Of a DNA stretch of 64,000 nucleotides, positions 1 to 8,068 are shown piece after piece (position 1 is the first letter of the stretch; each line of letters begins with the position of its first letter). Origin of the DNA: an uncultured Gammaproteobacteria bacterium (GTDB lineage: Bacteria; Patescibacteriota; Patescibacteriia; 2-01-FULL-39-33). The notes beneath the pieces are model-generated. The model did no database searches and was not told the origin of the DNA. It worked only from the letters and a program-made list of their open reading frames with translations. A program made the position numbers and the translations under genes. The stretch lies in assembly GCA_964558935.1 (NCBI GenBank), contig CAZLFP010000005.1, positions 20,667 through 84,666 of the forward strand. The letters are read 5' to 3'.

Positions 1-1
1 T

Positions 2-1039
2 GCTCTTTTAGCTGGTTTAATTGCTGGTATTGTGATTGGTCTCTCTACCGAGTACTATACTTCAGACAGTCGCAAACCCACACAGAAAGTCGCCCTTGCT
101 TCTCAGACAGGTTGTGCAACCAACATTATATCCGGTTTATCTTTAGGATTTATGTCTACGGTTATCCCGGTAGTAGCTGTCTGTTTGGCGATATATGTCG
201 CTTACTCTTTTGCAGATCTGTATGGTGTAGCTATTGCAGCGGTTGGCATGTTATCTACCTTAGGTATTACCTTGGCGACAGATTCATATGGTCCTGTCGC
301 AGATAATGCTGCTGGCATTGCTGAAATGGCTGGTCTGGGAACCGAGGTTAGGCAAAGAGCTGAAGAGTTGGATGCGGTTGGCAATACCACTGCGGCTGTC
401 GGCAAAGGTTTTGCCATTGGAAGCGCGGCCTTAACAGCTTTGGTTCTTTTAGTCTCTTACGGACAAGCTGTAAACATAGAGTCAGTCAATTTATTTGATT
501 CCACTGTTATCATCGGTTTGTTTATAGGGGGTGTTCTGCCTTTTGTCTTTGCCGCCTTAACCATGCAAGCGGTGGGCAAAGCAGCGTCTCAGATGGTGGA
601 TGAGGTTAGAAGGCAGTTTAAAGAGATTTCGGGACTTATGGAAGGTGAAACCGAACCAGATTACAAAAGATGTATAGATATTTCGACTGGTGCTGCTTTA
701 AGACAAATGATCGCTCCCGGTCTCTTGGCTATTTTTGTACCTATTTTAGTTGGTTATTATATTGGACCCGCTTCTTTAGCCGGTTTGTTGGCCGGCAGTA
801 TTGTGACCGGTTTTCTCTTGGCTATATTTATGGCTAATGCAGGTGGAGCTTGGGATAACGCGAAGAAATATATTGAAGCGGATAATCTGGGTGGTAAAGG
901 CAGTGATGCCCATAAAGCGGCTGTTGTGGGAGACACGGTGGGAGATCCTTTCAAAGACACGGCTGGTCCTGCCTTAAATATTCTTATTAAACTGATGGCG
1001 ATTGTTTCCATTGTGATTGCTCCGCTGTTAATGATGTAA
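2..1039 (+). CDS. hppA: Membrane-bound Na+/H+-translocating pyrophosphatase, C-terminal part (5' end outside window)
   Basis: Motifs [39 protein letters not shown] and [14 protein letters not shown]. Frame is open from position 2. GNTTAA (Ala) indicates the K+-dependent subfamily. Confidence 0.95.
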   Translation, partial: ALLAGLIAGIVIGLSTEYYTSDSRKPTQKVALASQTGCATNIISGLSLGFMSTVIPVVAVCLAIYVAYSFADLYGVAIAAVGMLSTLGITLATDSYGPVADNAAGIAEMAGLGTEVRQRAEELDAVGNTTAAVGKGFAIGSAALTALVLLVSYGQAVNIESVNLFDSTVIIGLFIGGVLPFVFAALTMQAVGKAASQMVDEVRRQFKEISGLMEGETEPDYKRCIDISTGAALRQMIAPGLLAIFVPILVGYYIGPASLAGLLAGSIVTGFLLAIFMANAGGAWDNAKKYIEADNLGGKGSDAHKAAVVGDTVGDPFKDTAGPALNILIKLMAIVSIVIAPLLMM

Positions 1040-1051
1040 TTGCTATTTTGG

Positions 1052-1084
1052 AAAACTAGAAACTGTATGGTTTCTAGTTTTTTT
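1052..1084 (+). terminator. Intrinsic terminator after hppA
   Basis: AAAACTAGAAACT-GTAT-GGTTTCTAGTTTT followed by T-run. Confidence 0.75.
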
Positions 1085-1133
1085 GTGGTATAATATATGT
1101 AACGAATATATATTGAAAAATAATCTTAACCTT

Positions 1134-2849
1134 ATGTCTCCTAGAAAAAGACTTCTAGCAACCAAGACCAGGACAGATTTGACTGTGGGTCCTGTTAGTG
1201 TTGTTATGCTTACCATCGTGATGGTATCTACAATAATTGCCCTTGGCTTCGGATCCTTAGCGGCAGCTTTTTATTTTAGTGATTATGATGTTAGAAATAA
1301 TATTGTGGGTATTGATGCTTCTTCAATTAATGTTGACACATTATTATCTGGATCAGACTTTATCTATCCAACCAATAAGCCAGTAATTCATTTTTCTGGA
1401 TCATATTTGGATAATAAGTCCAATATTAAGGACAGAGCTTATGTCAAGTTAAATAATAGTAGTATAGCTGGGACTGTTATTAAAGAAGGAGATGTTTTAG
1501 CTTATGAAGCATATAATCCTGCTCATACTGGTAAGGGTTGTGGTTTGGCGCTTAGGTTGTTAAAACAACAAGGAGCGGTTAATTCTCTGGGTTATGCTAA
1601 TGATCAAAATGGAATTAGAGCAGTTAATAATAATCCAAGATCACAGAATGGGTGGTTTACAAGATATTTTGATTTATCTCCTTATGTTGGCAGAGGTATT
1701 AAAGAAGTTGATCTGGTTCAATTTAATCAGGGGGATGGATCAGATAAATTTGAATGTTATTACAGCGACATTAGAATTGAACCTTCAACGGATAAAGGTA
1801 TAATTTATATGCAAGATGGTATTAAGAATGTTCATGTGTATCAAAGTTCTGGCATTGAATCAATACCGGTTAAAAATGGTAAGTATCTGATTGAATTCTA
1901 TGGACTTTATGATGCTGATTCAAATGTTCAAAATGATTATGCTATTTATTCATACTTTGGCATGGAAGATGATAACTATCGGGGATATAAAATAGAATCA
2001 GGAGATTATTTAACGTATTGGTCATATAATGCTATTGGTCCTGGTTGTGGCATAGATATTAGCTTGAAGAATATTTCAGACGAGAGGTCTGCAAATAGAA
2101 TTGCTGCGTTTAAGTCAAAAGATCAAGATGGAGTATTTCTTGTCGAATCTAATGATAATGATAATCGTAATTGGTATCAGAGGATTGTAAAATTACCTGA
2201 GAGTGCAGTTGGCAGAGAAATTAAATCAATTCTTTTAGTGCAACCGAATGATAGATCAACCGGAGCAAGTTTTACCTGTTTATATGATGATATTAAAATT
2301 ACCAAAGATGTGGATTATATGATCGAAGCTCCTCTAAGACCAAGCTGCGTTGAACCAGATAATGTAAATAATGGTTTTTGCTACGTTGACCCTTCTTTAC
2401 TTGGTTATGATTGTAGGCTAAACCATTTTGATGAAGAAGAATCAAATTTGACAAAATGTAAATCAAGATCATATCCTGATGATGATGCAGCCTTTAGAGT
2501 TGGCTTGTCCAATAGTTCATTGCCAACTACTGCTAGAGATTATACAGATATTGATGAGTTTATTGATTTCTTGGAAAGATTACTTTATCCAGATGCAGAT
2601 TTTCAACCTTGGGATATTGATGGTCAGCCAGTGGCATTTAATTATACTATCAATGAAGAAGGAGCCACTATTTTGGCATATTACATGACTGAAAGTAGAG
2701 ATGCGGGAGGGGTTTCGGTTTTTGTTAGAGAATCGACCAAGATTAGAGAGGGTGAATCTATTTTAATTATGTTCAATCGTTTAAAACAAAAAGTTGAAAA
2801 TTCTTTGAAAGAATATATGGAATATTATCCAAATCAATTGAATAATTAA
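1134..2849 (+). CDS. Membrane-anchored/secreted protein with two tandem beta-rich domains
   Basis: ATG 1134 preferred over TTG 1083. N-terminal hydrophobic helix. Internal repeat I(K/E)xGDxLxY..GxGCG..DQxG..W(F/Y)xR..VGRxIK..LVQ..FxCxYxDIxI. Confidence 0.7.
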   Translation: MSPRKRLLATKTRTDLTVGPVSVVMLTIVMVSTIIALGFGSLAAAFYFSDYDVRNNIVGIDASSINVDTLLSGSDFIYPTNKPVIHFSGSYLDNKSNIKDRAYVKLNNSSIAGTVIKEGDVLAYEAYNPAHTGKGCGLALRLLKQQGAVNSLGYANDQNGIRAVNNNPRSQNGWFTRYFDLSPYVGRGIKEVDLVQFNQGDGSDKFECYYSDIRIEPSTDKGIIYMQDGIKNVHVYQSSGIESIPVKNGKYLIEFYGLYDADSNVQNDYAIYSYFGMEDDNYRGYKIESGDYLTYWSYNAIGPGCGIDISLKNISDERSANRIAAFKSKDQDGVFLVESNDNDNRNWYQRIVKLPESAVGREIKSILLVQPNDRSTGASFTCLYDDIKITKDVDYMIEAPLRPSCVEPDNVNNGFCYVDPSLLGYDCRLNHFDEEESNLTKCKSRSYPDDDAAFRVGLSNSSLPTTARDYTDIDEFIDFLERLLYPDADFQPWDIDGQPVAFNYTINEEGATILAYYMTESRDAGGVSVFVRESTKIREGESILIMFNRLKQKVENSLKEYMEYYPNQLNN

Positions 2850-2864
2850 AACAACTCTAGATAC

Positions 2865-2891
2865 AGAAACCAGGTTAGAAGCCTGGTTTCT
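2865..2891 (+). terminator. Hairpin/terminator after secreted protein gene
   Basis: AGAAACCAGGT-TAGAA-GCCTGGTTTCT. Confidence 0.6.
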
Positions 2892-2895
2892 TATT

Positions 2896-2924
2896 TTGAC
2901 ATTTTTTATACTTTATGTTACATT
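2896..2924 (+). promoter_or_regulatory. Sigma70-type promoter of tig
   Basis: TTGACA-17bp-TACATT with TG extension. Confidence 0.6.
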
Positions 2925-2952
2925 AAACCAACTTGATAAATAACTTTTTACT

Positions 2953-4245
2953 ATGCAATCTGAAGTTAAAACTTTAGACAAATCTCAAATTGAAATAAAG
3001 ATTGAGTTAACTGCTGAAGAAATCCAGCCTCAGCTTGAAAAAGCAGCGATGAAATTGTCCGAGGAAACTAAAATCGAAGGCTTTAGACCGGGTAAGGCTC
3101 CTTATGATATTGTGAGATCCAAATTGGGAGATGGCGCTATTTTAGAACAGGCCATAGATAATATTGTATTAGATGCTTATTACGCTGTTTTAAAAGACAA
3201 AGAGATTTTGACCATTGGACAACCTAAGATAGATATTGAAAAGGCGGCTGTGGGCAATGAGTTTAAATTCAAAGCGGTTGTCGCTGTTTTGCCTAAAGTT
3301 ACTTTGGGAGACTACAAGTCCATAAAGCTAGCAAGAAAGAGTATTGAAGTTAAAAATGAGCAAGTGGAGCAAGTAATTGCAGATATTCAAAAAATGAGAG
3401 CGACTGAAACTGCTGTAGAGCGTGAAGCTAAAGAGGGAGATAAGTTGGAAATAGATTTTAAAGTTTACTTAGATAAAGTACCGATCGAACATGGCGATCA
3501 GAAGAAATATCCCATCGTGATTGGTGAAAAGAAGTTTATTCCCGGTTTTGAAGATCAGTTGGTTGGTATGAAAAAAGGCGAAACCAAAGAGTTTGATCTT
3601 AAGTTTCCGGAAGAGTATTTTCAAAAAAAATTGGCTGGTAAGTTGTGTCGGTTTAAGGTAACTTGTAATGAGATTTTTGAAGTTAAGTTGCCGGAGATGA
3701 ATGATGAGTTTGCTAAAAATATTTCTCAAGAACAGTTTAAGACTCTTGGTGAAATGAAAGAAAGCATTAAAAAGAACATTGAGCAAGAAGAAAAGAATAA
3801 ACAAGAACAAAGACTTGAAATTGAAATGTTGGATAAGATTGTGGAAATGTCTCAATTCGAGCCCCTTCCGGATATTTTGCTCGAAGCTGAAGTTAAGAAG
3901 ATGGTTAGTGAATTGGAAGCCAGTATTAGTCAGCAAGGTTTTAAGTACGAGGATTATCTAAAAAGTATTCGCAAGACTCCGGAAGAATTGGCTACGGAAA
4001 TGAAGCCCCAGGCAGAGAAAAGGGTTAAGACAGCTATTGTATGTCGGGAAATCTTTCAATCTGAAAAAATGACTGTGACAGATGATGAAGTTGAAAAAGA
4101 AATTTCACAGATGTTGAAAGCTTATCCCAATAACCCAGAAGTTAAGAAGCAACTCCAGGCTGAAACTTATCGAGAGTATTTGAAGCATATGTTGGGCAAC
4201 AGGAAAGTGATTGAGTTTTTAAAAAAGACAATCATTTCAGATTAA
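2953..4245 (+). CDS. tig: Trigger factor
   Basis: Ribosome-binding motif GFRPGKAP; FKBP domain FIPGFEDQLVGM; 430 aa. Confidence 0.95.
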   Translation: MQSEVKTLDKSQIEIKIELTAEEIQPQLEKAAMKLSEETKIEGFRPGKAPYDIVRSKLGDGAILEQAIDNIVLDAYYAVLKDKEILTIGQPKIDIEKAAVGNEFKFKAVVAVLPKVTLGDYKSIKLARKSIEVKNEQVEQVIADIQKMRATETAVEREAKEGDKLEIDFKVYLDKVPIEHGDQKKYPIVIGEKKFIPGFEDQLVGMKKGETKEFDLKFPEEYFQKKLAGKLCRFKVTCNEIFEVKLPEMNDEFAKNISQEQFKTLGEMKESIKKNIEQEEKNKQEQRLEIEMLDKIVEMSQFEPLPDILLEAEVKKMVSELEASISQQGFKYEDYLKSIRKTPEELATEMKPQAEKRVKTAIVCREIFQSEKMTVTDDEVEKEISQMLKAYPNNPEVKKQLQAETYREYLKHMLGNRKVIEFLKKTIISD

Positions 4246-4254
4246 TAGTCATTG

Positions 4255-4284
4255 AACAAAGCACCCTGAAAAGGGTGTTTTGTT
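4255..4284 (+). terminator. Intrinsic terminator after tig
   Basis: AACAAAGCACCCT-GAAA-AGGGTGTTTTGTT. Confidence 0.7.
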
Positions 4285-4341
4285 GTATTTGAAAATCTTA
4301 GTGAAAAGGATTAATATTAAGATAGGAAATAATTACATATT

Positions 4342-5304
4342 ATGCATGTATTAATTGTGGGAGGAGCTGGCTATATTGGCTCCCATGTTGCCAAAGCGTG
4401 TTTGCACAGTAATCATCAGGTGACTGTTATAGATAACTTATCGACTGGTCACAAGGAGAATATTTTGCCCGGTATCGAGTTTATTGAAGGAGATATTTTA
4501 AATTATGAAGAGATTAAAAGATCATTGTATAACGTGGATGTAGTGATTCATTTGGCAGCTAAAAAAGCGGCCGGTGAGTCCATGGTTGAACCAGAAAAAT
4601 ATTCACAAAATAATATTGTTGGAACTATTAACGTGTTAAATGCGATGTGCGAACAGGGAGTAGAAAAGATGATTTTTTCTTCGTCTGCGGCTGTTTACGG
4701 TGAACCTGAATACATACCCTTGGATGAAAAACATCCGACTCAACCCATTAATTTCTATGGATATACAAAGTTGACTATAGAAGAATTGCTGAGTTGGTAC
4801 AGTCGTTTAAAAGGTATGAAATACGCTGCTCTACGATACTTTAACGCGGTTGGATATGATATTACAGGTCAGATTACGGGCCTGGAAGATCGTCCCAATA
4901 ATCTTTTTCCAATTTTAATGGAAGCTGTAACTGGTCAAAGGGACAGAGTGGAAGTATTTGGTAATGATTATGATACTCCAGATGGCAGTTGTATTCGTGA
5001 CTATATTCATGTAGATGATTTAGCCACTGCTCATGTTAAAGCTTTGGAGTATATTCATGCAAAAGATAATCTGATTGTTAATTTGGGTACCGCCCGAGGT
5101 TTAAGTGTTATGGAAGTCATAGAGGCTGTTAAAAAAATATCTGGTAAGGATTTTAAGGTGCATGTTGTAAATAGAAGAGCAGGAGATCCTCCTAAATTAC
5201 TAGCTAATTCTGCTTTAGCTAAAAAATTACTAAACTGGGAGCCTCAATATAGTGATATTGAGACTATAGTCAAAACCACTTTAAAGGTTTATTTAAATCA
5301 ATGA
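4342..5304 (+). CDS. galE: UDP-glucose 4-epimerase
   Basis: GGAGYIGSH, FSSSAAVYG, YGYTK, LRYFN, DGSCIRDYIHV. Confidence 0.93.
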   Translation: MHVLIVGGAGYIGSHVAKACLHSNHQVTVIDNLSTGHKENILPGIEFIEGDILNYEEIKRSLYNVDVVIHLAAKKAAGESMVEPEKYSQNNIVGTINVLNAMCEQGVEKMIFSSSAAVYGEPEYIPLDEKHPTQPINFYGYTKLTIEELLSWYSRLKGMKYAALRYFNAVGYDITGQITGLEDRPNNLFPILMEAVTGQRDRVEVFGNDYDTPDGSCIRDYIHVDDLATAHVKALEYIHAKDNLIVNLGTARGLSVMEVIEAVKKISGKDFKVHVVNRRAGDPPKLLANSALAKKLLNWEPQYSDIETIVKTTLKVYLNQ

Positions 5305-6146
5305 AAGTAGGAGCTCACATTTCAGCGGCTGGAGATTTGTCTTTGGCGCCTCAGCGTGCCAAAGAAGTAGGCTGTGATTGTTTTCAATTTTTTTCTCGTC
5401 CACCTCAGGGTGGTAGAACTAAACCTTTAACCGAAAGGGTTGTTTCCGATTTTAAAAAAAATATGGACAAGTATGGTCAGTCTGAAGCATATATTCATAC
5501 TCCATATTATATTAATTTAGCGTCTGCAGATAACAGAATATTCTATGGCTCTATCTCTGCGATACGAGAAGAATTGGAGCGAGGATCTCAGTTGGGTGTA
5601 AGGTATGTTCTGACTCATTTAGGCAGTGCTAAAGATTTAGGAACTGCTAAAGGTATTAGACAGGTTGTTAAGGGTATAAAAGAAGTTTTAAAAGATTATA
5701 CCGGGAGTACTAAGTTGTTAATTGAAAATTCTGCTGGAGCTGGTGCGATAATTGGAGATACTTTTGAAGAAATTAAGAAGATTGTAGATAGTCCTTCAAT
5801 AAGGAAATACACTCTTGGCATTTGTTTCGATACTGCTCATGCTTTTGCTTCAGGTTATGATTTAAGAGATGATAAAGCGGTTAAAAAAACATTTTCAGAT
5901 TTTAATAAACTAATTGGTATTGATAAGTTAAAATTAATTCATGCTAATGATTCTGCTGTTGAATTAGGTACGCATAAAGATATGCATGCTCATATTGGTA
6001 AGGGTTTAATCGGTAAAAAAGGTTTTGAAGCTATTGCTCAAGTAGCTAAAAAGAATAAGGTTAATTTGATTTTAGAGACTCCGCATAGTTTGGGAGATAA
6101 CAAGGAATTGATTCAGGATATTAATATATTAAAAAAGATGAGATAA
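5301..6146 (+). CDS. nfo: Endonuclease IV (AP endonuclease 2)
   Basis: VGAHIS, HTPYYINLAS, LLIENSAG, CFDTAHAFASGYD, HANDS, LILETP. Confidence 0.93.
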   Translation: MKVGAHISAAGDLSLAPQRAKEVGCDCFQFFSRPPQGGRTKPLTERVVSDFKKNMDKYGQSEAYIHTPYYINLASADNRIFYGSISAIREELERGSQLGVRYVLTHLGSAKDLGTAKGIRQVVKGIKEVLKDYTGSTKLLIENSAGAGAIIGDTFEEIKKIVDSPSIRKYTLGICFDTAHAFASGYDLRDDKAVKKTFSDFNKLIGIDKLKLIHANDSAVELGTHKDMHAHIGKGLIGKKGFEAIAQVAKKNKVNLILETPHSLGDNKELIQDINILKKMR

Positions 6147-6147
6147 T

Positions 6148-6648
6148 ATGAAGATCGCCATAGTCTCAGATTCCCATGACAATATAATAAACATTGAAAA
6201 GTTTTTAACCTGGGCTGAAAAACAAGAAATAGATATTATTATCCATTGTGGAGATATTGCTGCTCCTTCAGTTATCAAAGAACTATTTTCTTCTTTTGGA
6301 GGAGATATACATTTAGTCCATGGCAATGTTTCTGACAGAGAATCTCTGGAAAAGACGTGTTCCGGATTTAAGAATATTACTTTACATGGTGATGAAGGTA
6401 AATTAGAACTGGATGAACGGAAAATAGCTTTTTGTCACTTTCCGGAACAAGCTCAAAAATTGGCGGAAACAGGCGATTATCAGCTGGTTTTTTACGGACA
6501 TACACATAAACCTTGGATGGAGACTTTGGCTAATAAGTCTCAATTAATCAACCCCGGTACTTTAGGCGGTTTGTTTCAGACAGCTACTTTTGCTGTGTAT
6601 GATACACAAAAAGGAACTTTAGTTTTAAAAGAAGTAAGTCGGTTATGA
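6148..6648 (+). CDS. Metallophosphoesterase, YfcE/MJ0936 family
   Basis: SDSHDN, HCGD, VHGN, YGHTH, INPG motifs. Confidence 0.88.
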   Translation: MKIAIVSDSHDNIINIEKFLTWAEKQEIDIIIHCGDIAAPSVIKELFSSFGGDIHLVHGNVSDRESLEKTCSGFKNITLHGDEGKLELDERKIAFCHFPEQAQKLAETGDYQLVFYGHTHKPWMETLANKSQLINPGTLGGLFQTATFAVYDTQKGTLVLKEVSRL

Positions 6649-6869
6649 GGCAAATATTGGTTAAAGTTAAACCTAATTCTAAGAACAACAAAGTTGTTCA
6701 TATTAGTGGTAATGTTTACCACGTTGAAGTCACGGCCAGGCCGGAAAAAGGCAAAGCCAATGACATGGTGATTAAGACTTTAGCTAAATATTTTCAAACA
6801 GCTCCCAGTTTAGTTGAGATCAAGGTAGGTAAAACTGCTTCTACTAAACTGGTGATAATCTCTGGATAA
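6645..6869 (+). CDS. DUF167 (YggU-like) protein
   Basis: VKVKPNS..VTARPEKGKAN..LAKYF..GKTASTK. Confidence 0.85.
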   Translation: MRQILVKVKPNSKNNKVVHISGNVYHVEVTARPEKGKANDMVIKTLAKYFQTAPSLVEIKVGKTASTKLVIISG

Positions 6870-6887
6870 CCTGGTATTAACCCCCAT

Positions 6888-6916
6888 TTGCCAAGATGGT
6901 AAATATGAGTTATAAT
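6888..6916 (+). promoter_or_regulatory. Sigma70-type promoter with no long ORF downstream
   Basis: TTGCCA-17bp-TATAAT. Confidence 0.5.
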
Positions 6917-6954
6917 GCTCTCGGAATAGATATGAGAAGAGTCATAAATGGAAC

Positions 6955-6980
6955 AAATTCCGCTTAAATTAGCGGAATTT
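6955..6980. terminator. Perfect 10-bp hairpin, probable terminator
   Basis: AAATTCCGCT-TAAATT-AGCGGAATTT. Confidence 0.55.
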
Positions 6981-7015
6981 CACTTGATTAAGCCCAGAAA
7001 TATAGACTTTGAACC

Positions 7016-7044
7016 TTGACATTTAATCTATTATTTGCTACAAT
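7016..7044 (+). promoter_or_regulatory. Near-consensus sigma70 promoter of the putative ncRNA
   Basis: TTGACA(7016-7021)-17bp-TACAAT(7039-7044) with TG extension. Confidence 0.75.
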
Positions 7045-7083
7045 ACTATATTCACCCTAGATGTTTGATGTTTAGAGTTCTGC

Positions 7084-7300
7084 AGGCACGACAAGCATAG
7101 GAATTATTATGAAGGATTATTTTGGTTTAATTACTCGAATAGTAACTTGATATAATTTCTTTGTCTGCAGTATTGTGAACACTAATCTGTAGGCCACTCA
7201 TTACAACCCAAAATTTGTCACCTTCCATATCAAATTTGAGAAAATTTTTTATCTCTTCTCTTCGCTTGGGTGAACTGATTTGGCTAGGCACGACAAGCAT
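7084..7300 (+). repeat. 15-nt direct repeat AGGCACGACAAGCAT at 7084-7098 and 7286-7300
   Basis: Exact match; both copies are followed by RGGAAYT. Confidence 0.9.
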
Positions 7301-7409
7301 GGGAACTTATTTACAGCTTCTCTCGGGCTTTGGCTCGATAGTTGCTTAGACAAGTTTTCTTGCCTGGCCACATCAGTTCATCCGAGTACAATGAGGCCTA
7401 CAGTTTAGT

Positions 7410-7438
7410 AACCCTCACCTTAACAGGTGGGGGTTTTT
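7410..7438 (+). terminator. Intrinsic terminator of the putative ncRNA
   Basis: AACCCTCACCT-TAAC-AGGTGGGGGTT then TTT. Confidence 0.75.
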
Positions 7439-7461
7439 GAATTATAATACACCTGTCAGTC

Positions 7462-8019
7462 ATGATTAGCCGTATGATTAAATTTCCCAAAAAATTCAGG
7501 ACAAAGTCAGGTCATGATTTATTGATCAGAAGAGCAAAGGTTTCAGATGCTGCCAACATGTTGAAGTATATCAAGCAAATGCTAACCGAGAGCAATTATA
7601 TGACCAGCAGTCCTCAAGACGCAGTGAAAACTCTTCAAGAACAGCAGAAGTATATTAAAGAAACAGCCAATTCACAGGGTAATCTGTTTTTGGTGTCTGA
7701 GATAGAAGGTCAACTGGTGGGTATGATCAATTTTAAAAGAGGAGGTAAAGAAAGAACCAAGCATAGCGGTGAATTTGGTATTTCAGTTTTAAAAGACTAT
7801 TGGGGAGAGGGTATTGGTAATTTGTTGTTGGACTGCTTGCTAAATTACGCTCAGCATCAGAAAGGCATTAAGAAGATTAATCTTAGAGTTAGATCAGACA
7901 ATAATAGAGCCATAGGTTTGTATATCAAGAAAGGTTTCAAAAAAGAGGGTTTACTAACCAAAGAATTAAAAGTGAATAATAGATATTACGATCTGCTTTG
8001 GATGGGATTGCAAATGTAA
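7462..8019 (+). CDS. GNAT family N-acetyltransferase (RimJ/RimL-like)
   Basis: GISVLKDYWGEGIG, LRVRSDNNRAIGLY..GF..EG; start may be 7474. Confidence 0.88.
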   Translation: MISRMIKFPKKFRTKSGHDLLIRRAKVSDAANMLKYIKQMLTESNYMTSSPQDAVKTLQEQQKYIKETANSQGNLFLVSEIEGQLVGMINFKRGGKERTKHSGEFGISVLKDYWGEGIGNLLLDCLLNYAQHQKGIKKINLRVRSDNNRAIGLYIKKGFKKEGLLTKELKVNNRYYDLLWMGLQM

Positions 8020-8030
8020 TCTGAAGAATC

Positions 8031-8060
8031 AAAAAACCACCGTAATGCGGTGGTTTTTTT
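8031..8060. terminator. Bidirectional terminator between GNAT and VanW genes
   Basis: AAAAAACCACCG-TAATG-CGGTGGTTTTTTT. Confidence 0.85.
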
Positions 8061-8068
8061 AGTCAGCG

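Larger units (their letters stand above)
7051..7438 (+). ncRNA. Putative large structured ncRNA of unrecognised family
   Basis: Bounded by a promoter and a terminator, with no ORF of 60 aa or more. Long stems with many G-U pairs: 7080-7107/7152-7170, 7181-7202/7390-7409, 7265-7313/7347-7386. Confidence 0.7.

Noticed and set aside
7084-7300. CRISPR array or Y-RNA reading of the 15-nt repeat
   Set aside because: Only two copies 202 nt apart, embedded in long stems, with no cas genes. The stems lack the Ro-binding GUCCGA/UUGAC consensus of Y RNAs.
7051-7438. tmRNA, RNase P, SRP, retron or IS110 bridge RNA identity
   Set aside because: No tRNA-like ends, no GAGGAAAGUCC, no SRP helix-8 motif, and no reverse transcriptase or recombinase nearby. 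A formal Rfam search is still needed.
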